A stretch of 64,000 bases of DNA from Macrostomum lignano (Eukaryota), in contig NIVC01003534.1 in the NCBI GenBank assembly GCA_002269645.1, positions 1 through 64,000 of the forward strand, read 5' to 3'. The notes under the pieces were generated by a model. It saw only the letters and a program-made list of their open reading frames with translations, did no database searches and was not told the DNA's origin. Below are positions 1 through 10,624 of the stretch, piece after piece. Positions within the stretch are counted from its first letter, which is position 1; each line of letters starts with the position of its first letter. The translations under genes and the position numbers were made by a program.

Positions 1-360
1 TTTCAACCTCCGAGAATTGCTGAAGTGGCTCCAACCGATCACGAAATATGCGTTGTCGATGGAGGCTCGCTGAACTAAATCTATCGCAACCAAAATTTCA
101 TTTCTTTCAATCGTCTAAGGGCGAAGGCAATGCAAAATTAGCTATCAAGACAGCTCTAGAGCAGGCTAGGTTTTGTCTAGTCCAGACTAACTAGTCAAAG
201 CTTTTATGCATACCAAAGTAAGACTAAACTACCATAGACAGAACTAGGTTGTTTGTCTATGCTAGACCGGTCTAAATTTGTGTTTCTGCATACCAAATCC
301 GAGTCCAGACTAGCTTTTCAAGACCGGACTACCCTAGACAGAGCTTTCTGCATACGGCTC
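1..360 (-). mobile_element. 5' end of PIF/Harbinger element (family H1), copy 1
   Basis: Same sequence as 5631-5994; two 1-bp deletions in the transposase N-terminus relative to copy 2; terminal ctttctgcatacggctc (344-360) looks like a Harbinger TIR. Confidence 0.8.
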
Positions 361-444
361 ATTAACATGCACTGTAGTTTTTTGATCCCATAAAGAGGGA
401 GACAGAAGGTTTAAGAGAGCTGAGTAGAAAGACAGCAGATTTGA

Positions 445-1226
445 TTGCTTGCATCTTTCATTTACGCAAACAAAATCGAAATGGCTGACGCAGAGCCAAC
501 TACAATGGCAGAAGTTCTGCCTCCTCTATTTAACTACGGAGCTATGCCGAATGGTGAGATTTCAGGAGTAACATCCGGCGAGTTCGACTTGATTTGCACG
601 TCATTCGATCATGCCCAAGGTCATTAGACAGTCGAGATGCAGCGAACCGCTATAGATTCTCCGAGAAAAGCTGCTAGAGGCTTTCGCCATCTTCTTGAGT
701 TTATGAAGAGCGTCAGTGAGAAAGCAGGCGGCCTTACTAAGGTGTACACCGACCGCTGCATATGGTAGGTAGTTTGACCTGTCCACCATATTCATGTGTC
801 TCTGTGAACACATTTGAATCTAGACAAATCAGTTGCCAACTTTTCTTAAACTGCAGAGTAACTAGAGCGTGCCACCTGGATGCCTGTGGCCAGACTATCC
901 AGGAGATCTTGCTCATCACTGGGCGAAAGTGTGAGCGAACTGTTAAGCGCTACTTATCGAGGCGACGTGATCGCAGTTTGTATAGGGCATCTCTGGCTGT
1001 GGATCAGGCGCTGAATCATACAGTTTCCGAAACTAATGTCAATAAGATCGTTAAGCTAGCTCGTCCAAAATCCAATCACAATAAGCGAGGCTACGATGGA
1101 GGAATGTGCGGATGTTTATCAAGAGCCTATCCAGACCGACGGCGCACTACGTGTGCAGGCTGCTCCGTCAAAGAAGATGAAAGTGACCATTGGCGGCAGT
1201 CGCAATCTGATCGATATTCTTTTTGA
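445..1226 (+). other. Unidentified degenerate ORF region (repeated at 6079-6860), probably a TE-derived remnant
   Basis: Short ORFs 445-627 and 762-1226 with possible splice signals; no family recognised; lies outside the putative H1 TIR. Confidence 0.2.
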
Positions 1227-1393
1227 GTGACGTTTCTGTGTAGGCCTGGTATTAACTGATTAACATACGATTTCTTTGTTGAACAGTTTTTGATGTTTTT
1301 CTAACATAAAAAAATAAAATTTACCCTTTGTTATTGTTTAAATTGCGTTGCGTGTTAATGTCCAAAATGACATTAACACGCATCCCACGCGCG

Positions 1394-1689
1394 TGTTATT
1401 GTCACCAAAAGTGCATAGCAATGGTCTATGGCCGATCTTACAGTTGTATCTAAGTGAGAATATAGCTCGATCGGTATTAAAAATACCTATAAAAATACTT
1501 TTATAGGTACTAAGTATAAATAAAGTGTTAATCTCCGACTTCTTCGATACGTAACACTGGCGACGATTCCGATAGAACCCCTAGAAACAGATGGAGTGAC
1601 CCGATGGCTCCAACGCTTCGATGCTACCGTGAAAGTAAAAAAATGGGCGGAGGATTTGCTAAAGTACGCGTTTGGTTTCCTTTTTGGTT
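1394..1689 (+). mobile_element. Ty3/gypsy family B fragment: LTR (~1394-1556), PBS and gag N-terminus (duplicated at 7028-7323)
   Basis: TGTTA...TAACA ends, TATAAAA and AATAAA inside, TGGCGACG PBS-like at 1558, then VTRWLQRFDATVKVKKWAED similar to the gag start of family A (FQRWLDRFLIASRFYKWTSED); LTR left boundary uncertain. Confidence 0.65.
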
Positions 1690-2583
1690 TGGTTTGGCGG
1701 AACGTTTCGTGCGGACAATTAAGGAGGCCATCAAAGCAAACGGACTCAGTCAAGCAGTTATCGATCGCTACCTGTTGTTCTATCGAGCATCTGGTGGGAA
1801 GAGCAGAGCATCACCCGCAGAACTGCTGTTCGGCAGAAAGATCCGAGCACCACTGCTCTCCAATAGGCCAACCTGGGTACCCGGCGAGCATCTAATCTAC
1901 AAAACCGACCGACGGGCTCAAGAAGCTTCACTAGTTTGCCCAACGGGTTCAAACATGGCCACTATCAAGGTGGGGCCCGATCTGTACAAGAAGGCCCACC
2001 TGGATCAACTCCAGAGGCATAGTCCCATGCAAGTCGATAGTGAAGCAGCAGAGATCAACACCGAGGCTGACGCAGACCAAGCCGCCGGGGCGCGAGCGTC
2101 GGACAGCAGTCAGAACGTCAGCAGAAGCTCCTGTGTCATTTCTGAAGACTTACAGCCGCTACCACCACCCCCCGAGGACTGCGGAACACAGCCCTCACAG
2201 CAGCATCAACAGCTGCTGACGCCTGGTCGGCTGGAACTGACGCCTGAGGAGTTGGGCCCCAGGAGAAGTCGCCGTCTGTGTGGGAAGTCCCGCGTCAACT
2301 ACAAGGTTAGAATGTGCAAGTTCATTTTGTAAAAGAAGGGAGGTGTTGCATACTAGCCTTAAGTATAGAGGCAGAGTTTTATTTATTATTATTGCTACGT
2401 ACGAATAGCCATGTCGAGCCATAGACTCTAATGAAAAGCTATGGCTACAGGTCGTGAAGCAATCCAAGTCGATGAGCTTGGGGATAATAAAACGAGAAAG
2501 ATCAGAGCTGATCATATTTAAGACGAGCCAGACTCGCATACCATCGCTACAATCATCGTGTGTGGCTTCTTCAAGACATAACA
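1690..2583 (+). mobile_element. Ty3/gypsy family A integrase C-terminus, PPT and 3' LTR (2344-2583); inverted copy of 13433-14326; also at 7324-8217
   Basis: GLAERFVRTIKEAIK integrase motif; AAAGAAGGGAGG PPT before TGTTGCA...CATAACA LTR; coordinates mirror 13433-14326 (sum 16016). Confidence 0.93.
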
Positions 2584-3293
2584 CTGCGAGATATGCTCTT
2601 GCAACCACAGAGTCATTCCTTTGCCCGACATGGTGATATCCTCGCTCTGAAGCTGGTTGACAGGCGAAGCTCAGGAACAAAGACTGTCTATCTGTTGGAC
2701 TCCTCTTCAACAGCTGCCAGCTCTTTAGTTAGCCGGGTACTACGCGGTGGTGTGGAGCAGCAGCTGCTGAAGCCCAACTCGGTGTTGCAATATAATCAGA
2801 ACATGGGAGGTGTGGATCAGATGCAGCCGAGCCTTACATCCGCATGTCGCCGAACACATAAATGGTTCGTAAAGCTGGCGGTGTTTCTGCTACAGCAACT
2901 GTTTCGCAACTCATGGATTGTGTACCGACATCTAGGTGGATCCATGAGCTTTCTCAACTACACTGAAAGGTGTGTAAAGCACTTGATTGAAAGCAGTGGG
3001 AATGGTCGATCCAGAGTTAAGCGTCAGGCTCTTCAAGCGACATCCATCACCGGCTGGAAAAGCTACCCGCTACCGCGGCACAAGAACGGCCTACCAAGCG
3101 TTGCCGAGTTTGTTACCAGCGCAGACTGAAAAAGCGGACCGTCTACTTCAGCCAAGGCTGTGACGGTCAGCCTGGGCTTTGCCTGGAGCCGTGTTTCTTT
3201 GAGTGGCACTCGACTAACTGATTGCTGGCGTTTTGCTGAAACTGTAATCGAACTGCTGCTAACATTCTTTTTATTCACTTACATGCAGCTTCA
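2584..3293 (+). pseudogene. piggyBac (PGBD4-like) transposase C-terminal fragment; also at 8218-8927
   Basis: KPNSVLQYNQNMGGVD motif, WFVKLAVFLL, and after a frameshift a Cys-rich tail KRCRVCYQ...GC...LCLEPCFFEWH ending at 3221. Confidence 0.92.
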
Positions 3294-3722
3294 TTTGCCC
3301 ATGAAGGCAACAGAGAGTGCTCGAAGCGATGCAGGCAAAATAACTCAGTACTGTGGATATTGTTGACCTGACAAGCCAAATCGGACAAGTAAAGGACTTC
3401 GTTGCAGGTCAGGCTTCAGTCGTAAAGTCCGCAGGCAGCCTGTCTACGACCACTTCAAGCGGTGCTTGCGAGTCGCATGCTGAAATCCACCACGGTGACC
3501 ACAAGCACCAAAGCTCGCATCACTATTGTCGCTACTGTGGAAAGACCCACGCCGCTGGAAAATGCTCGGCCTTCCGACAGCGGTGCTGCAAATCTAGCAA
3601 GCTCGACCATTTCGCTTTCGTATGTCGTTCCACCCGATCAAAGCCCGTGCACAATGTGGAAGGGACATGGTCCGACACCACTGAGAGACCAAGCAACGAC
3701 AAGAGCACCGATATTCTACATC
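3294..3722 (+). mobile_element. Ty3/gypsy family C gag fragment (truncated copy)
   Basis: Zinc knuckle CRYCGKTHAAGKCSAFRQRCCKSSKLDHFAFVC; identical to 8928-9356. Confidence 0.85.
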
Positions 3723-4680
3723 GATGTGGATAACGTGCTGCAAGTACCTGGTAGTCCAAGAGACTTTTTGGCTCACTATCGGTGTCGTGAGACGCTAGCT
3801 GTCCGGATTGCAGCATGGCATACATGATTTTAGCATTGGCAGAAATCCATTGGCCGACTGTCACAGAGTCTACAGATTTTGGTCTACCGCTCTTGAGATT
3901 CTGCTTAGCTGTCTCACCCTGCGCAAGAAGCTCGTCAACCTGGCCAGGGGCATCAATGAAGTCGCAAATACGGAGCAGCCGCCCGGATGTAACTCTAGCG
4001 TTGCTGGGAGCAAAAATAGCAGCATCAAGTTCACCATCATTGGACCACCTATCAGACTCAGCGCAAGCAGACTGGCTCAAAAATTCTGGTAGCTTACCGC
4101 GATTATCTGGTGCCTTATCCACCGACCGTCGCAGCTCCGCCTCTTCTTTCTGCAGCCTTAGCAGTTCAATGCGCCGTCGGGTGAGCTCGATCTCCTCATC
4201 CAGAGCCGCGCCACCCAAAGAGGTGCCACCCCCCTTGGACCGCCGGCTGCTCCCTCCATCGGACGAGCCGTCAGAATCCCTCGGTGGCTCCCTGTGGGAA
4301 GTCCTGTTCGCGGCGTCAGCAGCTAGACGCTCGTTGAGAATCGCGTCGCACAGACGAGTACGTAGGGCAGCCTTGCTACCTTTTGCTGGCAATTTGCGCG
4401 CTTGCAATGCCGTCTTTAGTTGAGGCACGCTCAGATCGGTGACTGATTGCAGCTGACTAGAGGTGGCCATATTGATTGTGGCTAAGAAAAAAAATCTGAG
4501 CAAACACGAACGCACGGCGAACAAGCGGAGGACCGGACTAAATATGAAATCAAGCTAGCACCCCCGCGACCCCCCGCCCCCCGCAGCACACGCCACCCCG
4601 CATGCACCCGCCCCAGCCAAGCGAGCCCCTCCCCCCGCAGTTTAAACGCCCTTACCACCAACACAGTGGCAAGGGTAACA
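3723..4680 (-). mobile_element. DIRS/Ngaro-like (tyrosine-recombinase retrotransposon) 5' fragment: G-rich leader plus SAP-domain gag-like ORF1 (ATG 4470), truncated at 3723
   Basis: SAP motif LSVPQLKTALQARKLPAKGSKAALRTRL; LRICDFI...VTVGQWISANAKIMYAML...DYQVLAARY pattern typical of Ngaro/DIRS ORF1; reading frame ends at the junction. Confidence 0.65.
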
Positions 4681-5733
4681 TTACATTGCATTGCTGATTT
4701 GGTCTCGAAGTTGATGGCCTCTCCTTTGTCTTTGCTGTTCCCGTTGATTGGCGTTGTAATTAACTAGTTCTGGCTCCGGATCATCCCATTCTGCTGCGAG
4801 ATGCTCAGGAAGATCATCATGAGGATCGTTCTGGGTGCGAGCGAAATTGTGTAGCTTACAACAGGTCACAATTAATGTTGGTACACGGTCTAGTGGTACG
4901 CGTAGGATGCAACCAACGCAGTTGAAACGGCGCTTTAAAATTCCGAATATCTGCTCGATTCGAACTCTCGTTCGGCTGAGTTCGCGATTGAATATTCTCT
5001 GCCGGCCATCTGGGTTTTGATATGGAGTGAGTAGAAAATCGCAGAGTCGGTATCAAGAATCTCCGACAAGATAGCCCTCCCATTGGGCGTCTAGAAGCGA
5101 TCCAAAAAGAAAACTGTTGCGAAATATTCTCGAGTCATGGACTGAACCAGGCCATTGAGCAGTTATTTCGAGAAAGAAGTATCTCGCATCGCAGACTGCT
5201 TGGACTTTAATAGAGTGGTAGTTTTTACGATTAATGAATTCATCTGGAAAGTTCTCATTAGATGGCCTTTGAATTCGTACATGCGTACAGTCGATAGCAC
5301 CGATTACATCTGCCAGTTGACCAATTTGATTAAACCCCGTTGACACTCGCTTCCGCTCAACACCTGGCTCTGGATAGCGGATGTTATTCAAGCGGAGATT
5401 CAGTATCCTGACCACTCTCCAGTAGCAGCGGGACATGGTGCTTTGGTCGATACCTCCAAGAGCAAACAGGTTCTGCTGAAAGCTTCCAGTGTCGAGATAA
5501 GATAGTGTCAGGCACAGCTGTAGCATGGGAGTCAGGCTTCTGTTACGCATTGTCGTCCGTTCGAGATCTGTCTCGACAAGCTCCACAAGTGATAGAAGTG
5601 ATCTAGGTTCGAACCGAAACAGTCTTTTAATTTCAACCTCCGAGAATTGCTGAAGTGGCTCCAACCGATCACGAAATATGCGTTGTCGATGGAGGTCTCG
5701 CTGAACTAAATCTATCGCAACCAAAATATTCAT
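4681..5733 (-). pseudogene. PIF/Harbinger (HARBI1-like, DDE_Tnp_4) transposase with one in-frame stop
   Basis: GAIDCTHV, NRKNYHSIKVQAVCD, WPGSVHDSRIF, GDS*Y (TGA at 5053-5055 where GDSGY is expected), RVRIEQIFGILKRRF, CCKLHNF all in one frame. Confidence 0.95.
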
Positions 5734-8700
5734 TTCTTTCAATCGTCTAAGGGCGAAGGCAATGCAAAATTAGCTATCAAGACAGCTCTAGAGCAGGCTA
5801 GGTTTTGTCTAGTCCAGACTAACTAGTCAAAGCTTTTATGCATACCAAAGTAAGACTAAACTACCATAGACAGAACTAGGGTTGTTTTGTCTATGCTAGA
5901 CCGGTCTAAATTTGTGTTTCTGCATACCAAATCCGAGTCCAGACTAGCTTTTCAAGACCGGACTACCCTAGACAGAGCTTTCTGCATACGGCTCATTAAC
6001 ATGCACTGTAGTTTTTTGATCCCATAAAGAGGGAGACAGAAGGTTTAAGAGAGCTGAGTAGAAAGACAGCAGATTTGATTGCTTGCATCTTTCATTTACG
6101 CAAACAAAATCGAAATGGCTGACGCAGAGCCAACTACAATGGCAGAAGTTCTGCCTCCTCTATTTAACTACGGAGCTATGCCGAATGGTGAGATTTCAGG
6201 AGTAACATCCGGCGAGTTCGACTTGATTTGCACGTCATTCGATCATGCCCAAGGTCATTAGACAGTCGAGATGCAGCGAACCGCTATAGATTCTCCGAGA
6301 AAAGCTGCTAGAGGCTTTCGCCATCTTCTTGAGTTTATGAAGAGCGTCAGTGAGAAAGCAGGCGGCCTTACTAAGGTGTACACCGACCGCTGCATATGGT
6401 AGGTAGTTTGACCTGTCCACCATATTCATGTGTCTCTGTGAACACATTTGAATCTAGACAAATCAGTTGCCAACTTTTCTTAAACTGCAGAGTAACTAGA
6501 GCGTGCCACCTGGATGCCTGTGGCCAGACTATCCAGGAGATCTTGCTCATCACTGGGCGAAAGTGTGAGCGAACTGTTAAGCGCTACTTATCGAGGCGAC
6601 GTGATCGCAGTTTGTATAGGGCATCTCTGGCTGTGGATCAGGCGCTGAATCATACAGTTTCCGAAACTAATGTCAATAAGATCGTTAAGCTAGCTCGTCC
6701 AAAATCCAATCACAATAAGCGAGGCTACGATGGAGGAATGTGCGGATGTTTATCAAGAGCCTATCCAGACCGACGGCGCACTACGTGTGCAGGCTGCTCC
6801 GTCAAAGAAGATGAAAGTGACCATTGGCGGCAGTCGCAATCTGATCGATATTCTTTTTGAGTGACGTTTCTGTGTAGGCCTGGTATTAACTGATTAACAT
6901 ACGATTTCTTTGTTGAACAGTTTTTGATGTTTTTCTAACATAAAAAAATAAAATTTACCCTTTGCTATTGTTTAAATTGCGTTGCGTGTTAATGTCCAAA
7001 ATGACATTAACACGCATCCCACGCGCGTGTTATTGTCACCAAAAGTGCATAGCAATGGTCTATGGCCGATCTTACAGTTGTATCTAAGTGAGAATATAGC
7101 TCGATCGGTATTAAAAATACCTATAAAAATACTTTTATAGGTACTAAGTATAAATAAAGTGTTAATCTCCGACTTCTTCGATACGTAACACTGGCGACGA
7201 TTCCGATAGAACCCCTAGAAACAGATGGAGTGACCCGATGGCTCCAACGCTTCGATGCTACCGTGAAAGTAAAAAAATGGGCGGAGGATTTGCTAAAGTA
7301 CGCGTTTGGTTTCCTTTTTGGTTTGGTTTGGCGGAACGTTTCGTGCGGACAATTAAGGAGGCCATCAAAGCAAACGGACTCAGTCAAGCAGTTATCGATC
7401 GCTACCTGTTGTTCTATCGAGCATCTGGTGGGAAGAGCAGAGCATCACCCGCAGAACTGCTGTTCGGCAGAAAGATCCGAGCACCACTGCTCTCCAATAG
7501 GCCAACCTGGGTACCCGGCGAGCATCTAATCTACAAAACCGACCGACGGGCTCAAGAAGCTTCACTAGTTTGCCCAACGGGTTCAAACATGGCCACTATC
7601 AAGGTGGGGCCCGATCTGTACAAGAAGGCCCACCTGGATCAACTCCAGAGGCATAGTCCCATGCAAGTCGATAGTGAAGCAGCAGAGATCAACACCGAGG
7701 CTGACGCAGACCAAGCCGCCGGGGCGCGAGCGTCGGACAGCAGTCAGAACGTCAGCAGAAGCTCCTGTGTCATTTCTGAAGACTTACAGCCGCTACCACC
7801 ACCCCCCGAGGACTGCGGAACACAGCCCTCACAGCAGCATCAACAGCTGCTGACGCCTGGTCGGCTGGAACTGACGCCTGAGGAGTTGGGCCCCAGGAGA
7901 AGTCGCCGTCTGTGTGGGAAGTCCCGCGTCAACTACAAGGTTAGAATGTGCAAGTTCATTTTGTAAAAGAAGGGAGGTGTTGCATACTAGCCTTAAGTAT
8001 AGAGGCAGAGTTTTATTTATTATTATTGCTACGTACGAATAGCCATGTCGAGCCATAGACTCTAATGAAAAGCTATGGCTACAGGTCGTGAAGCAATCCA
8101 AGTCGATGAGCTTGGGGATAATAAAACGAGAAAGATCAGAGCTGATCATATTTAAGACGAGCCAGACTCGCATACCATCGCTACAATCATCGTGTGTGGC
8201 TTCTTCAAGACATAACACTGCGAGATATGCTCTTGCAACCACAGAGTCATTCCTTTGCCCGACATGGTGATATCCTCGCTCTGAAGCTGGTTGACAGGCG
8301 AAGCTCAGGAACAAAGACTGTCTATCTGTTGGACTCCTCTTCAACAGCTGCCAGCTCTTTAGTTAGCCGGGTACTACGCGGTGGTGTGGAGCAGCAGCTG
8401 CTGAAGCCCAACTCGGTGTTGCAATATAATCAGAACATGGGAGGTGTGGATCAGATGCAGCCGAGCCTTACATCCGCATGTCGCCGAACACATAAATGGT
8501 TCGTAAAGCTGGCGGTGTTTCTGCTACAGCAACTGTTTCGCAACTCCTGGATTGTGTACCGACATCTAGGTGGATCCATGAGCTTTCTCAACTACACTGA
8601 AAGGTGTGTAAAGCACTTGATTGAAAGCAGTGGGAATGGTCGATCCAGAGTTAAGCGTCAGGCTCTTCAAGCGACATCCATCACCGGCTGGAAAAGCTAC

Positions 8701-9356
8701 CCGCTACCGCGGCACAAGAACGGCCTACCAAGCGTTGCCGAGTTTGTTACCAGCGCAGACTGAAAAAGCGGACCGTCTACTTCAGCCAAGGCTGTGACGG
8801 TCAGCCTGGGCTTTGCCTGGAGCCGTGTTTCTTTGAGTGGCACTCGACTAACTGATTGCTGGCGTTTTGCTGAAACTGTAATCGAACTGCTGCTAACATT
8901 CTTTTTATTCACTTACATGCAGCTTCATTTGCCCATGAAGGCAACAGAGAGTGCTCGAAGCGATGCAGGCAAAATAACTCAGTACTGTGGATATTGTTGA
9001 CCTGACAAGCCAAATCGGACAAGTAAAGGACTTCGTTGCAGGTCAGGCTTCAGTCGTAAAGTCCGCAGGCAGCCTGTCTACGACCACTTCAAGCGGTGCT
9101 TGCGAGTCGCATGCTGAAATCCACCACGGTGACCACAAGCACCAAAGCTCGCATCACTATTGTCGCTACTGTGGAAAGACCCACGCCGCTGGAAAATGCT
9201 CGGCCTTCCGACAGCGGTGCTGCAAATCTAGCAAGCTCGACCATTTCGCTTTCGTATGTCGTTCCACCCGATCAAAGCCCGTGCACAATGTGGAAGGGAC
9301 ATGGTCCGACACCACTGAGAGACCAAGCAACGACAAGAGCACCGATATTCTACATC
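5631..9356 (+). repeat. Copy 2 of the segmental direct repeat
   Basis: See copy 1; this copy continues collinearly into gypsy protease/RT whereas copy 1 is joined to a DIRS-like fragment. Confidence 0.97.
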
Positions 9357-10510
9357 TATCTGACGCAGATGCAATCAACTCGATAGAGACCAGGTCTGGA
9401 AAAAATTTCCATTGACGGGGTTTTCGTGCCGATGCAGCTGGAAACCGGTGCATCCGTCAGCATCATCTTGACAAGCATTTGGGACTCGCTCAAGCGTCCG
9501 GCGCTTAAGTTGTTCCACCGCCGCCTTTACGCCTATGATGGCCACCAGCTGAAGGTGTTAGGTACGCGCTCCACCGTCATTGAGTTTTGTGGTTGACTGC
9601 ATCCCGCAGACCTGACTTTTGTACGTGCGTCAAAGTCGTTTGGACTTCTGGGTAGGGACCTGCTGGAATCTGACCAGCTCTTTAATGTGACCTCAGCCAG
9701 CGCCGCAGCCAGGCCACCAGTGAAGACTCTACCGATAATGTAGGGCGTCAAGGCTAAGATGATGCTCATCAAGGGCGCCAGTCCTGTAGCAATAGCTCTC
9801 GAGCATGCTGTCAACGCTGAGCTGGACAGGTTGCAGAAGCTGGGCGTGATCGAGCCAGTTGACGGCCCGGTGAGTAACTCTTCCCTAGTGGTTTGGGTGA
9901 AAAAGAAAGATGGCACTTTGAGGATGTGTGCTGACTACAGTGTGCATGTGAATGCCAAATCCGGTCTGAGGATTATCCAATTCTTAGCGTGGAATGCTTA
10001 CTTGCAAAGCTCAATAATGCGAAGAGGTTCGCCAGTGTTGACCTGCGATCTGCTTACTGGCAGATTGGATTGGACGAAGCGGCCCATAATTTGTCGATCA
10101 TTACAACGTCAAAATGCCTATTCCGCGTTAAAAGACAAATGCCTTATTCATTTTCCAGAGGACAATGGAGAAAATTCTACCGAAAATCCAGAGTCGCTGC
10201 AAAAAAGACTCCGTACCGTTAAGACTAGACTTGCGGAGAAGCAGGTCAGCATCAACGATAAACAGAGGACAAGCAGAGACGCGGGGGCGAAACTGCAGAT
10301 TGGCACATAGACAAGTCGCTAGCTACTGGGATTCGCTAGCCATACGAGCTATATCGTACTATATCAAAAACAAAAGCTTCTGCTTGGCAGTAGAAACTTT
10401 GTAACAACAAATCTATCACTAGAATATACTCGTAGTTGTGTATACAAAGCACTATTTCGGTCTACGACCTCTCTTTTCATTCCAAAAGAATTGTCTATGG
10501 CACATCTTGA
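8928..10510 (+). mobile_element. Degenerate Ty3/gypsy family C: gag knuckle, protease, RT N-terminus, large internal deletion
   Basis: PMQLETGASVSII (DTG to ETG), ELDRLQKLGVIEPV, KKKDGTLRMCADY, FASVDLRSAYWQIGL; RT stops near 10140 and jumps to a post-integrase-like segment. Confidence 0.85.
10308..10497. mobile_element. 190-bp MITE-like insertion
   Basis: TIR TAGACAA/TTGTCTA flanked by the direct repeat TGGCACA (10301-10307 and 10498-10504). Confidence 0.65.
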
Positions 10511-10624
10511 GACTACTGCTTAGCAGAGTAGCAGCTGCGGAAATTTAACAGCGGATATTCATCTGTTTTTTATATAACCAAATTTTAGCAGACTGTTAAA
10601 TATCCGCGGTCAATGTAGCTGCTA

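Larger units (their letters stand above)
1..3722 (+). repeat. Copy 1 of a near-identical segmental direct repeat (chimeric TE cassette); runs off the left edge of the window
   Basis: Matches 5631-9356 almost base for base (offset 5630 rising to 5634 through small indels); ORF track duplicated at +5634; diverges after ...gatattctacatc at 3722/9356. Confidence 0.97.
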
